From positions 6,783,849 to 6,847,848 of the forward strand of contig CM082597.2 in NCBI GenBank assembly GCA_040954595.2: DNA of 64,000 nt, written 5' to 3'. A program made the position numbers and the translations under genes. The notes under the pieces were generated by a model, which saw nothing but the letters and a program-made list of their open reading frames with translations, made no database searches and was not told the origin of the DNA. Positions within the stretch are counted from its first letter, which is position 1. Every line of letters starts with the position of its first letter. This stretch comes from Balanoglossus misakiensis (Eukaryota > Animalia > Hemichordata). This document shows positions 1 through 13,420 of the stretch, piece by piece.

Positions 1-750
1 GAAATGTCATAATTTCTACATTTTTTGACAGAACTCATGAGTTATAGCTCATGAAAATCATCCAAAAATGACAATTTTTCGACTTTGCGAGATATCAAAA
101 TTTCTTCATTTTTTTGAAAAAATCATGGGTTATAGCTCATGAAAATCATCCAAAAATGACAAATTTTCGACTTTGCGAAATATCAAAATTTCTTCATTTT
201 GTTGAAAAAACCATGGGTTAAAGCTCATGAAAATCATCCAAAAACGACAATTTTTCGACTTTGCGAAATATCAAAATTTCTTCATTTTTTTGAAAAAACC
301 ATGGGTTATAGCTCATGAAAATCATCCAAAAACGACAATTTTTCGACTTCGCGAAATTTCAAAATTTCTTCATTTTTTGACAAAAATCATGGGTTATAGC
401 TCATGGAAATCATCCAAAAATGACAATTTGCCGACTTTGCGAAATTTCAAAATTTCTTCATTTTTTGTCAAAAATCATGGGTTATAGCTCATGAAAATCA
501 TCCAAAAACGACAAATTTTCGACTTTGCGAAATTTCAAAATATCTTCATTTTTTGACAAAAATCATGGGTTATAGCTCGTGAAAATCATCCAAAAACGAC
601 AATTTTTCGACATTGCGAAATTTCAAAATTTCTTCATTTTTTGACAAAAATCATGGGTTATAGCTCATGAAAATCATCCAAAAATGACAATTTTTCGACT
701 TTGCGGAATTTCAAAATTTCTTCATTTTTTGACAAAAATCACGGGTTACA
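1..750. repeat. Tandem satellite/minisatellite, ~88-bp unit, ~8.5 copies (cut by the window edge)
   Basis: GTTATAGCTC recurs at about 41, 129, 217, 305, 393, 481, 569 and 657. Units are near-identical along their whole length. Confidence 0.95.
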
Positions 751-1295
751 GAAACGAGAGCAGTACGGTAAACAATTTTCATCTGCATATATTTCGTATA
801 TTTCACATCGTTATTTTTATTTCCGGGTTTACGAAGCTCTAAAAAGTTTAGGGTCGCTGGGTTAAAATGAGGGTAGGTCGCGCGGGTAATCGGAACAGCA
901 CATATTTTTTACTTTGGCCTAAGCTTCCACCTGAGCCCCGTTATTGTAAGGACTATGATGTTTTAAAAGATAGCCCAAATTTCCTCAAAACTTACCTTCT
1001 CTAAATAATGTTTAAAGACTGTTTTACATGTACAAGAATTTAGGTTTTAATCATGTTTTCCTTTTCTTTCATAATTGTTAATAGCTTGGTATATTATGCG
1101 ACTTGAGAGGTGATTTTTATATAGAAGGCGTTTTTAAATAAATATTATATTATTATGATTTTTATATTCGATAAACATGTACTGCCCCAACCTGATTAAA
1201 TTCAACCGATAGCGCAGACCCGATTTTCGTTTTCATTCTTTCTTTGATCGAGCGGTGACCGTATACCTTTAATGCGCCCACACCGGGCCGAGTAT

Positions 1296-1610
1296 ATTAT
1301 ACACATGATGACTGACAATGAGGGCAACAGTGTATTTTGATGTCCGAGGGCGCTGCTAGTCACAACTAAAACAGTCTTGTTTTGGTGTGACTGGTAGTCC
1401 CGAGGTCATCAAAAATACACTGTTGCCCGAATATGTCAGTCATCATGAGTTTTGTAACACACCAAACACGGAATTATATCAAGACGGGGCAACAGTACCG
1501 GGCAGAAACTGATCGAAATGATGCCCTAGGCAACAGTTCGAAATGACTAACGTCACGTGACGGCGTATTGACGAATCACGATCGAGGGTTCGCTGCATGG
1601 TGCATTACAA
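1296..1610. mobile_element. Palindromic non-autonomous element (Crypton-like), copy 1
   Basis: Internal inverted repeat ATGATGACTGACA..GGGCAACAGTGTATTTT / AAAATACACTGTTGCCC..TGTCAGTCATCAT. It is the reverse complement of 15855-16201. No TSD seen; the Crypton label is inference. Confidence 0.7.
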
Positions 1611-1989
1611 ACCCAAATGATTAATTGTTTTACGTAATACCCTGGTGTGAGTGGGGGTTACCGTGGTAGTGCGCATGCTCATAATATACCTACATTTCAA
1701 CGTTTAGCCTACGCACCTGTTGCAGGAACAGAATGTTAAGACTGACATTAAAAATACATCAACAAAATTGAACCATCATAGACAATCTTGCGACGAGACT
1801 TCTGTGGGTCAACCTTGGCAGACAGCCGGGTGATCTGGGGCAAATCCCGACAATGTCATGCCCCTCACACACCCCTCGCCTCCCCTCCCCAAGATTAGTA
1901 ATAGTCCCGCCTGTAAAAGTGAACGCGGAGAACGTAACAACATTGATTGAATATTGATTGGACCTTTTGTTAACGAATTACGCAAAACT

Positions 1990-2093
1990 CGCTTTTGCTA
2001 AAGGACTGCACGGGACGAAGACAATACAAGGCAATTGGAATACGTCATTGCCAAAAGTGACGGCACTTTCGTCGTGATAGCGATAGATTGGAG
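1990..2093 (+). other. Candidate non-coding first exon of the FGF-like gene
   Basis: Strong donor GAG|GTAAGA at 2093/2094 in a CpG-richer region upstream of the acceptor at 5093. The 5' boundary is a guess. Confidence 0.35.
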
Positions 2094-4602
2094 GTAAGAC
2101 TAACCAAGAACTTTTTGAAATGTTGTTTGTAGACATTATTGTAGCGAAACAGTATCGGTTTTAATACTCCTCATAGAGACGACACTAAGTGTGTGTGTTT
2201 TTTTGTTACGTTTTAATTTCGTCACTGTCCGACGTCCGAAGTCAGAACAAATTGATCATCTCGCTAGAAGGTCAACGTGACCAGCTCTGTAAAAGTCTTG
2301 GTGATGTTATGTACGTACGTACAGTGGCCATTGCTACTTGGATCATACAGTAGACAGTATAGTGAAGACGACATTGACATTAAACATATTTTTGTCCGCA
2401 CTTTCCCCTCTACTGTCTATGCTTGGACTGACATAGGCCTATTCTCCTATAAAGATTCCGTGACAGGATTGATCACGTAACGTGTAAATAAACAACTGTG
2501 ACGTAGGCCTATAGAAGTCAACAACATACTTGGGTTTACATATATTGTGGTTGATACGTGTACGTAATCGTATGGAAGACACCTGTCGATTTAGTTGCAA
2601 TGATTGTGGCGGGTGCTGCTAGGTTATCGATGATTGATCGCATCGCAGCACTACGAAAAGGCATCGTCAGACTATATTAGCACTCGCTACAATTATTGCA
2701 GCATTGAAATGTCGATTGTAAGATGTCGGCAAGACGGCGGATTCGGTGTGTGAAACGTTACACTACTACAGATCTCTCATCATACGCCACGGATAGAGAA
2801 GCATATAGATTAATACACCTGTCCTAAATTAACAGATACGATGTTCATCCATGGCCAATTAAGCCTTATTTAGCATATTCATCGATCCAAAAAGCTCGCT
2901 TAAGATCTGACTATGGACCTACCACAGACGTCTATGATCTGACACAGCGTAAGAAGAAAAATTTGAAAAGCGTTGCGATGTCTAACTATATACATCAGCC
3001 AGTATCCTGCAGCTGTTACCATAGTAACGCAAACATTGGACCACAAATGAATGACACTGAGACAGACACTGCGTTACTGAACCATGACTGTGTGTGAGCG
3101 AGGTTGGAAATACCCATTGCCCTAATGTCCAGACTAAAGTTGGTACATTTAGCATGATAAGTTTTCAGGAAAAAGAGTATTCCTGCGATCCTACAAAAAT
3201 ACACAAGCTTAGGTAATATTGGGCGTACTGAAAATATTCAGATACGATTATTTAATATTTTTGTACCAAAGGAAATTGTACAATGCTTCCTGTTGAGTGA
3301 ACTGTTGCGTAACGGTATTTTCTACATGCAAATCATTTGTATTGATGAAAAGATCTAGAACCTTCCTAGATCCTCTATTGTTGGTAGCGGGAGCTACCAT
3401 CAATTACTAGTATAGGACAGAAGCGAAGTCAACCCAGTGACGCTGTGTAAGGTATGCTGTCTGATTTGGATTTTTGGACAGTTTTGTTGTCCACTTCTGA
3501 AAATTAACGCCTAAATTAAAAGAAAAACAATTTCCCGTTGATGGAGCGGTCCAGAAAATGCTGGCCTTAAATTCGCAATTATTTTCTGTCATTCTATGGC
3601 GCGTCATCATTGTCTAACATGATGCAGTATGTGACTGAGTCTATCCAAGGCCTTGTTGTAATCTTTGTGAGTTCAGACTGCAGATCGACGCTCGTTCCTC
3701 GATGGTTTTATGGTCGGCCAAAAACAGGCCTGGAGTTATTTCTAGCACGGTGTGGAGGAGGGGTTCTAGTTTACGCCCGCATCACTTTATATAATTAAAA
3801 TCCTCCCTTTTCGGTCTTTCATGTTAGATTATTCGTTGCTTTAGATAGTTAATGGCGACTTTCGTGAAAAAGACGCATCGCGGACTCGCTTTTGAAGAAA
3901 AAAAAACCCTTGATCAGAAACAGCTCTTTTTATTTTGGGGGACAAATAATGTGATATCTTTTATTTCGTTTTGATTGACTCATTGACATGATTAATTGAC
4001 ATCATCCATTATTCAAATAATGACGTCACCCATTAATGCGCCACTGTATTAAACACGGAGAATTTGGCCAAATTTCACACTTTCCAGACAAGTTGATGTG
4101 TCGCATGTCAATTCTTACAGAAAACATGTCTCGGCGAAAAACTTTCAGTTCCCAGTCCACTAAGGACGATATAGGGGCGCACCTTTGTGATTAGTGTGAT
4201 ACCACAGACAAAGAGAAAGAAGAAAGAACTGTTCTTTCTCTTTGTCTGTAGTGATACGCTCAACTCTACATTTTGGTACAAGTCTATGTAGGGGATGTGA
4301 AAATTGCATAATAATATGGGCATATCATGAGGTATTCGAGGGGAACATTAAAATATTTGGTAAAATTAGTGAGGTATTATGACAACTTTGTGGGAAATAC
4401 GGAGATCGATTAATTTACTGGCTTCTTCTTATGTACTCTCAAGAAAATAATTTAGTTGGGACGGCGGCGACTACTTATTAAAGTTGTCCTGCGACACTTT
4501 AGGGTACAAGTGCCATTCCTTTTTTATTTCTTCCCACCCACACTGTTGTTTTTTACCAAATCTATTTCCTCAACGCAATGAATTGGTCTGCTCTCCGTAT
4601 CT

Positions 4603-4950
4603 TTAAGGGACAAAGTCTCTCTCTCGCTGCCCTTTTTCCATTAATTATGTTTGATACAAGACACCGTTTATGTTATTCTACATGTGGATATATAGTGAAT
4701 CAACGTTCAACCACACACAACTTCCATCTCGTTTGTAGGATATGAGAGTAAAAATCTCGCCAAAATGAATAAATGGTAAACACCGATTATTCACGTTTTG
4801 GCGAGTTTTTCACTCTCGTGTCTGCAAGTGGGATGGAAGTTGTGTGTGGTTGAACGTTGATTCACTATATATCCACATGTAGACTAAAATAATCGGTGTC
4901 TTGTATCAAACACAGAAAAATGGCCGTGGGAGAGAGACTTTGTCCTTTAA
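4603..4950. mobile_element. Foldback MITE family K1 (TTAA-AGGGAC...GTCCCT-TTAA, Kolobok-like)
   Basis: ~350-bp element that is almost entirely self-complementary, flanked by TTAA. 14 copies or fragments in the window. Confidence 0.9.
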
Positions 4951-5107
4951 GCCAATCGTGGCGGCAGTGAGCCTCCACGTGTGTGTGTGATGTGACTGGA
5001 CGATCGTATCAACCCCTTGAAGCAATGTAGAGCAAACGTGATTCATATACAGGAGATAACTTTCTTTTCTTGTTGTTTTGTCGCTGTTTTCAGAATAGCC
5101 AAGGAAC

Positions 5108-8100
5108 ATGGAGAAGTCGGGGAAGGATGCCAAAGGGATGTATGGCGATGAACTCCCGCCACCGTACACAGAGTATCCCGGTGGCCACCAGCAACAACCA
5201 CCACCACCACCACCAACATATCACCCACCACAACAAGAAAAGGTTTATAACACCAAGGATGCACCATTCCACCACCAACAAACCACCCATCCATTTCAGG
5301 TTAACAGTCCAACATTTTCCATCAAGACTGGTTTCAAAGCCAAGAATGAATCTTATGCAAATTTCTGATATCACATTGCCGCCGACATTTGCTCAAAATT
5401 ATACCTGTAATAAACATTGGACGAAATGGTAACTTAAGTGAAGCTAGTAAGACAACCGATCGAGAAGCATGAAAACTTTTAGTTGATAGGGGCGTATAGA
5501 ATATCCCCGACTGCGTACAGGATGCCTGCCTCTGCAGGCAAAGATGATTGTGAGGAGATCAATATTGATTATATATATCGCAATTGATTTTACTACATGT
5601 AGGCTACAAGCTGTTCTCTTTAGTTCAGCTAGCGACCTTGCTGTACGAGAATGCGTGATACAAGTATGCTTTAAATGCTCAAGGTACCCTAAATCTTCGT
5701 TTTTGGTTTTTAAAAAGGCAGAGATTACCTAGCAATTTGTCTTTAATTTACCAACCTTAATTTATGCTTTAAAAATATTGAAATCGTTTTTTTCCTTCTA
5801 TTTCCATAGCAACCTTTCTTTGCCAACCATTTTGGTGCTCATTATGGGGTGAGTTTTATTATCACAGTGCATCCTGTGTATTGTGTCATCAATCAATATT
5901 TGACCATCAACACTAATCTTCGCCTATCGCCAGGTGAAGGCTTTCAAACGCATCAATGTGATGAAGAAATTATTTTGATTTAAATATTAATTTTGCAATC
6001 GCACATTTTTGAAGAAATCAAGCCTTGTGGAAGTGATGGCTTTTGGCGAATCTGGAAGTCTGTTAATCTGGAATGGATATATCGAGCGCCCTCAAGTGTC
6101 AAGGAGCTAAAGTCCTTTCATGGTCCGGTGATGAGGGGACTGTGGTTTGTTGACACTTGAGGGCGCTCTCTTCGACCGTTGTTCAACACCATGTCATGAA
6201 ATTTATTGGAGTACAAAATGTACCTTTGTTTTATGTAAATAGCCTGTAGATATACTAAATACAAGTACATAGTTATGATTTTGTATATATCTTTCTTGTA
6301 GAAAAAAGCTGAAATTCCAGCTTGGTTGTGGATATTTTTTGTTTACCACTTCAACTCATTTCATCTTATTCCTTCCTTCCTTCTTTCAATTAAAGGAGCC
6401 ATCTTTACTGGATCTGGCCAATAATGTGACAGCCAGTGCCAATAGACTGGCAGCTGCAGCCAGTGCCACAGCTTTTCATGCATCCATGAATATGACTACT
6501 GGAATGCCAAATATGGCAATGCCACCAGGGGTGAGTCTATTACCGGAGGGGGGGGGGTACTCACATTATCATACAGGGGTGTGCAGCCCAAGCATACACA
6601 TTTAATTTTCACTGGAATATTTTTTTTTGCTGAAAACAGCATTGTGAATATCCTGCTGTCTAATTTTCGCATTTTCTTCTAAATATGTATGTAAAGAATG
6701 GGAAATAAGAATGTTTAATGGGATTTTATTTTAGCAGAAAATTGATCATTGAAAATTGTTCTCTGATTGTATTTAGCAGAAAATATGTATGTAAAGAATG
6801 GGAAAGAAGAATGTTTAATGGGATTTTATTTTAGCAGAAAATTGATCGGCCAGTGAAAATTTAGACTTTACTCAGTTATATTTCGGCTAACATTTACCTC
6901 ACAACAAACTTGATCATGTACTCGTGGATTCAGTGAAATTCAGTCAATCTTCATTGTTCTCTGATTGTATTTCCAGGGCCTCACCACCAACACCACCAAA
7001 GTGATTCAACTGATCTCTCCTGTGACAGGACGGGCATTGCGTGTTCTACCTGATGGCACGATTGATGCCATGGCAAAGCCCAATGAACCTGCAGGTAAAC
7101 CAAAGTCTCGCACTTTTCATCAACTCCCACCCAAGATGTAATTGTCACAATATTTACCTGTATGCAGTGACATACTCAAATTTACCAGTACATATATGGT
7201 ATAAATTTGCACGAAAAAATAGTGATACATGAACATGTCATGCATTGGTATATAGGGAGTGATGCTGTGGGGTGAATGACCCTAACCCTTAACCCCCACC
7301 CTACACATTGAATGTACTCTATCCCTAAACCTGTCAACAAACAAACGGACAAATAAACATGACCATATTTGTAAAAAAAACAAAAACATATTTTTATCAT
7401 ATTAATCTATAACAACAACAACACACACTAGTCTCGGTTACCCAGACCCCTCTGCTTCTTCCCTTGGGCACTCCAGAAAGAGGGTCTGGGGGAAATACTA
7501 TAGAAAAATCTCTGATCTGCTGAAACTGTCTACAAATTGAAGAGAGAGAGAGAGAAGTTTGGTAAATAGTTTTCTAATATCATCATATCATGATATCAAA
7601 TGACATAAATGTCGACCATCATGCACCTGGAGGGCAAAGGAAGAAACAGAGGAGTCTGGGTAACAGAGACTACACACACACTACAAAGAAGGAGGAAGAT
7701 CTCCCTGTACATGAATCAGTGCTATTGTTAATGATCAATGCAAAATATTCATTTGTACACAACAAAGCCAAACACTGCATTACATTGTACAAGTACAGTG
7801 AAACTTTGCTATTTAAAGGCAAGATTTCTCAAGAAAAAAGTTCTGGTTTGAATTAAAATGTTACCTGTCTACTGAGGACACCTCTCTATTGCAGACAATT
7901 TTTTTTTGTTCCTGAAGGCATCTTTACTGTAATAGATAAGTTTTACTGTACATTACTAATTATCGTTTTCTAATTGGATTGGCTGCAGCCCAATTCATCC
8001 AGCTGCAACAAGCCAACGATGTTGTCATCTTAAGAAATGCCGCCAAGCAAGAATACCATCTTGAAATTGTCAAAGATCAGTTAATCGGAAATGTAAGTAC

Positions 8101-10076
8101 ACATGTAATTATTTCAAGTTTGCACACACTGTTTGTAAATCTTTGTAGAAATACGCAAAGCTAGATTATAAAATTGTATTGTATCGTATTGTATTGTATT
8201 GTATTGTATTGTATTGTATTGTATTGTATTGTATTGTATTGTATTGTATTGTATTGTATTGTATTGTATTGTATTGTATTGTACATGTACATGCTGTTAT
8301 TTAAAATGAGTTCTAAAAATTTATCATTGATCACGAATTAATTGAAATAAAATTCTGACAAATATCACATAGGACACAGCTAGGTCTGAAATCTTGTACT
8401 TGGACATGTCTGGAGCTGAACAAAATTTGGAAATAGTCAGATTAATGTAGGATGATTACAGAAACACAATTATCAATCATGTACCATTATTGACCTGTAA
8501 TTCAGGTATTATATTAAAGCAGGAATCCATTCATATTTGTCTGTCATGTGTTGAAACACTGCTGAGTCAGCATTTTTTGGCCAATTGTCTTTCTATGACT
8601 GTATCTAAAATTAACCTGGAGTCATGTGAGTCCACTAGTGAAGTCCAGGTTTTAGATACATGCACTATATATAAGAACTCACTAATATTGAACACCTATT
8701 GCCTGGCCATTAGGGCCATAGCAGCCGTTTATTACACCCGAGGGGCTGTGAGTTACCAGAATCATATGCTATTTCCCGAGGCCGCAGGCCGATGGAAATA
8801 GCATATGATTCTGGTAACTCACAGTCACGAGGGGGTAAAAACGGCTGCTATGGCCCGAATATAGGCCAGGCCAGAGGTGTTTTATAATAAACATCATGCT
8901 AACATGAACTCACGTTGGTCACCAGACCAGTTTGTATTTTTCTGCTATTTCCCTAGGGATTCATAGTCGATTCTATTTTCCTATCACGTGACGGATTCTG
9001 GCGAATCACGACACAGTATTAGCATGAGGGATATTAAAATATTATTTATTTATTTATTTACAGGGCAGTGGTTCTGACTTCAATGCTCAGTTCCGTATTC
9101 ACATCGGCAAAGGTGGATTGGTTTGTTTTGAGTCCATGTCATCACCAGGTCAGAATATTGGTGTCAATTCTGACGGGACTGTTAAACTCACTCAGTCCAC
9201 ATCTGGAAATGATTCCTATTTCAATGTCAGAGTCTTGGTAAGTATATTACCCTGTCTTTAGAATTGTGTCTCTATCTTAAAACCTTTATTTTTATTTTTT
9301 TTAATTAAGGGAATGTCAATTTTGACTATTTTATCATACATCATTTTAATGGTAGATATTATTATTTTTTTGAGGCTTCATCTGTAAAAATACTTTTGTG
9401 ATTGTGATGTGGAAGTTTCAAGCAAAGCTTTCTATGTCATCTGTCAGGCTTCTGAAATTCAGCATAGTTTACCAAAAAACAATCATGATGCAAAAACTAC
9501 TGTTACAGCAATAACATGTAGTATCTATTTCAGACAAGTAAATCACATTTATTTGTTTGTTTGTTTGTTTGTTTGTTTCTGGACGAATTACTGGAGTGAT
9601 TGACAATTCACAGTCACTTTGAACACATGAAAAAAAATCATTACTTGGAGAGGAAATTTTAATTTATAAACGTTCTTGTATTCACATACAGACAGCAATA
9701 CTGTGAAAATACAGTGTCCTAGCAAGTAAATTTTGGAAAAAGATCTTATGAATTTTTAAATTCTCATCCAGAGGTTTTTGAGATTTGGTATTCACATCAA
9801 AGTACAGTGAAACCTGTCTATAAGGGACAGAAGAAATTGTTCAGTTTGCAGAGGTGTCCGATTTACAGAGGTTCTTTTATAATGTGGTTCTTTGTGATAG
9901 GGACAGGAAAATGTGTTTGGTATAGACAGGTTTCCAGATTAGACAGGGTTTGGTAAAGTCACGTTTACTGTATTACTGACAGGAATTTTTCTGTCATTTT
10001 ATTTCAGGCAACTAGCTCTGTACAGACCAGTCACCCAGCCACTACTTTTGTAACACAAGAATATCGCGTCAAGTAA
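5108..10076 (+). CDS. PPxY/Pro-rich protein with C-terminal FGF-like beta-trefoil domain, no signal peptide (276 aa, 7 coding exons)
   Basis: Exons 5108-5299, 5810-5848, 6396-6530, 6977-7094, 7989-8092, 9064-9237, 10008-10076. All GT-AG and in frame to TAA (first donor GTTAAC is weak). Domain reads VIQLISPVTGRALRVLPDGTIDAMAKPNEPA|AQFIQLQQANDVVILRNAAKQEYHLEIVKDQLIGN|GSGSDFNAQFRIHIGKGGLVCFESMSSPGQNIGVNSDGTVKLTQSTSGNDSYFNV. Confidence 0.85.
6680..6848. repeat. Local direct duplication of ~68 bp
   Basis: AAATATGTATGTAAAGAATGGGAAA...GAAAATTGATC occurs twice, about 100 bp apart. Confidence 0.8.
7429..7672. mobile_element. TAGTCT...AGACTA MITE (Academ-like, ~9-bp TSD)
   Basis: TIR TAGTCTCGGTTACCCAGAC / GTCTGGGTAACAGAGACTA, flanked by (A/C)ACACACAC. 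Confidence 0.8.
8174..8283. repeat. (TATTG)n microsatellite
   Basis: Near-pure pentamer run. Confidence 0.98.
8685..9030. mobile_element. Palindromic non-autonomous element (Crypton-like)
   Basis: Long hairpin GGGCCATAGCAGCCGTTT...GAGTTACCAGAATCATATGCTATTTCC / GGAAATAGCATATGATTCTGGTAACTC...AAACGGCTGCTATGGCCC with a GC-rich loop and a TCACGTGA tail. Confidence 0.65.
9803..9972. mobile_element. Tc1/mariner-type MITE (TA-CAGT...ACTG-TA)
   Basis: TACAGTGAAAC...GTTTACTGTA. Related pieces at ~7795-7951, ~20694 and ~30553. Confidence 0.65.
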
Positions 10077-10221
10077 AGAAGTATAAACCGCTCGTTCTAA
10101 TCAAGTTGGAACCATGGTAACCACCTTACACTAATGATGATGATGATTGAAATACCTGTATATATTCACCAGCCCATTAACCAAGAACAGAGTCATTTTG
10201 ACTTGAATTTTTCAGCATGAG

Positions 10222-10414
10222 TTAAAGGTATACGGTCACCTATGGAAAATTAGCTATAGTAACCATGGCAAAATGAGATCCAACCAATCACATATTTTCA
10301 GTGGGTGGCACACGCGAAAAAAAGAGCGCCACCATACGTTCTTCAGTACGCTCAAGTACGCCATTTCAGCCATATATGGGCGTATGTAAATTGGAGGTGA
10401 CTGTATACCTTTAA
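10222..10414. mobile_element. MITE family K2 (TTAA-AGGTATAC...GTATACCT-TTAA), copy 1
   Basis: TIR plus TTAA TSD. Near-identical copies at 25071-25263 and 56660-56853. Confidence 0.9.
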
Positions 10415-12229
10415 TTGGTTGTCAAAGTTATGTACAATAGCTTGTGTTTGTAATATGTCAAATGTTTTATATTTTCTCTGCTTCGACTTTTATCTGTTGA
10501 CTTGAAAAAATTTGAAAACAAATTAAACAGTGTGAAACAAAACGACTGGCTTTGCACGATATTCTCTGTATTTGTGATGATGTCATAGCTGTGATCCATC
10601 AAAGAAGACTGACAAAAATTTTGGTTTCTATATTGAAACAAAAATATGGAGGCACTGCGCCCTCTACGCCCATGATTGATGTTCCACGACTCGACAAACT
10701 CACTGGTGACTCAAAAAATTATCCACACTACATGCAAAGGTATAGGGCTGACTCGGAATTTGTTTTTTAGAAATCCTCAAATTGATTCAGAGCTTGTAAA
10801 CATTACGTTTGTTAGAGCTAGGGCACACTGTATTCAGGGTATGCATGTGTTCACAACAATTCTTCTTACTTTTAATATTTTGCTGTGAATTTTGTGGCAT
10901 TCTGAGAAATATTTACCCACAATCTTTGATTGTATCAATCAATAAATCACACTAACTACTGAACAAGCATGTCTGTTACTGTTACTCTGTTCAAACAGTG
11001 TCTATCCCACTTACACACAGCAAGGAGATATATTCTCTTCATAGATAGAAATGTCCTGATTGGGAGACGTTTTAAATTGCTATCTCAATTTATTGGCACC
11101 AGATTCTCCAAGATATCCAACAGATGAAGCATGCTAGCCTAGTACGCACTCAGTGCGCTCACCCTTTTATGTAAATAAGGCAACAATAAAAAATGGAAAA
11201 GGAAGAAACGAGACGAAGGAAAATTATCACTGATGTTTAATTAAAAACCTATTTTCAAAAACATGGCAGAATCAGTCGTCATTCAAGCGATGTCTCTGTG
11301 ATATTTCCTGTATATATTTTGATAAACACAGAGTAAATTTCAGGAAAAGAAATATCTCGATAGAAATAGAATCAGTAATTTTAAACTTCAAATTTTAATC
11401 AAAACATTTTGCACAATGTCTTGAATGCTGTCGGAAAGTTTTGTAATCAAAAAAACAATATTGAAACTTGTGAAATGGCGTCCTAGGCACATTTTGTAAA
11501 TCCAATCACTGCTTTCATGCTCACCGCCACATCAGCCTACCATCTCCTTCCAACAAATGATTTACTCGTCTAGAATCCAGACTCTTGGGTTTTTTCACTA
11601 TGTGTGTAGGTCGGCATAACAAAAAAAACACACCAATCTGGATTCTAGACTAAGATTTTCAGACATTATGTGATCAACATCAATAGATGATTTCCCACTA
11701 ACAGTGAGCTTCCACATAACTTGATTAATTACCGTAGCAACATGTTGCTAGCCAAGTAATACAAGTCAAACTTTGGATCTTGTGGAGTTCAGAAAATGTT
11801 TACAAGTCAATTTACAAGTTCAGAATATGTTCTATTCTCACAGTCTCTCAAACACTAAATGTTCATTCAAATACATCAACCCATTAAAAACAGTCTAGTT
11901 GTTTGAGAAATCTGTTTCTTTTTCTTGTTCTTCTCCCTTACATGACTAAAATAACACTACATGTACATTACACAGCCTTGTCAAGTCCATTCATTGCACC
12001 TTGAAGTCAGTCGTCAGTCAAAACTTCCCAAATTCAGATACATCCCTGGCAAAGCTTTTTAAAATTCTCTTCACTTGACAAGAAAAATTTTAACATAGGA
12101 AATGATTTCTATTCTGCAATGTTTTCAATAAAACAAAAGACTGGCAATGGAACAGAAAATTTGCTGCAACAGTGGCTTATCTACAAAAAATTGCCACTAT
12201 ACCCCAATCCCCCAGCCTCCCCCAGAAAT

Positions 12230-12604
12230 CAAATCTGGCTGCCTTAAATAGGTTTTCACTTTGCGCTAGGGGGTCAAATCACATTATAATAATTGCATTC
12301 TGGGTAAAAAGTCGACAACCCACTGTAGTAAGAGATAGCAGAAATGATATGTTTACTGCATTTCATGACTTCGTTTGGTCAAACATGTCTGTCTTTGTAG
12401 TTACCATATTAAAGTCATTAAACTTTTTTCACATTTTGTTATTTTTTCTGTTAAAAAGTTTCAGAATGACCCATCATCATTTAGCTTATGAACTCCCATT
12501 TCTTAATCATGGCAAAAATCGGCCATCTTGAAATTGTGTCGACCATTACGATATTTTCATCACTCACTTAGGTAGCTTAAAACCTATTTAAGGTAGGGAG
12601 AATT
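12230..12604. mobile_element. Interspersed repeat with imperfect TIR (CTGGCTGCCTTAAATAGG...CCTATTTAAGGTAGGGAG)
   Basis: Second full copy at 28306-28661 and a 5' fragment at 62080-62160. Confidence 0.8.
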
Positions 12605-13215
12605 GGCTTGCCCCTTATAAAATCCAGACAGCTTATAAGAATATCCTCCCTGTCTGGCATGGGAGCATAAAAAAACATTTAGACTGTCAGACAGCAATTT
12701 CTTTGATTTTTTGGCAAGTCATTGTCTTTATTGCTGCCCACCTCACATCTATCATTGAAAAGTTACCAACACAAATAATAATGCATAAATGAGTCTAATT
12801 TGATAAAATATGTATACATGTCACTCTGCAGTAGCTGAAAATGAAAAGCGTTATTCACACCAGAAATATTAAAAACTGAAAACTTAGTATTTTCAGAAAA
12901 GATTGAATGCACATACAACATATGAACTTCATGGGGAATACTGAAATTCAAAATAGACTTTTGTAATACTAAAATTGCTTTCTTTTATATGATGAATTTG
13001 ACAATTTTGAAATTCAAACCTGATCTCTCTGCTTGCCAGCAAGTCACATCAGTGGGATTATAACCCAGAAATAATGGCAGGTAATAACACTTTGTCATTT
13101 TCTTTCATATTCTTTATAAAATTTAAATATGTTTTTGACACCTTGAAATAACATTGTAATCAATTATAGTTTTAACATGGTTTAGGTATTTATTTTTGAT
13201 AATACCTTACAAGGA

Positions 13216-13420
13216 TACTGTAAAACGGGATATTTTCGCGAACGATAAATTTTCACAAACTACACAAGAGCAAAAAAAAATGCGACAATAAAAAGTCACC
13301 TCAAAATGTTTTTTTCAGAGATAACGATGCAGTGAAATACAAATGTATGAGAACGCGAAAATTACATCACATAACAGTTGTCTCTTTTGATGTCGCGAAA
13401 AATTTCCTGATTTACAGTAT
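13216..13420. mobile_element. TA-flanked MITE (TACTGTAAA...TTTACAGTA)
   Basis: Terminal inverted repeat and recurring TTTTCGCG motifs. A related longer element lies at ~49772-50178. Confidence 0.6.

Noticed and set aside
1-750. CRISPR-like periodic array and ORF 227-487
   Set aside because: Units are similar along their whole length with no unique spacers, there are no cas genes, and the context is eukaryotic. The ORF is a by-product of the repeat.
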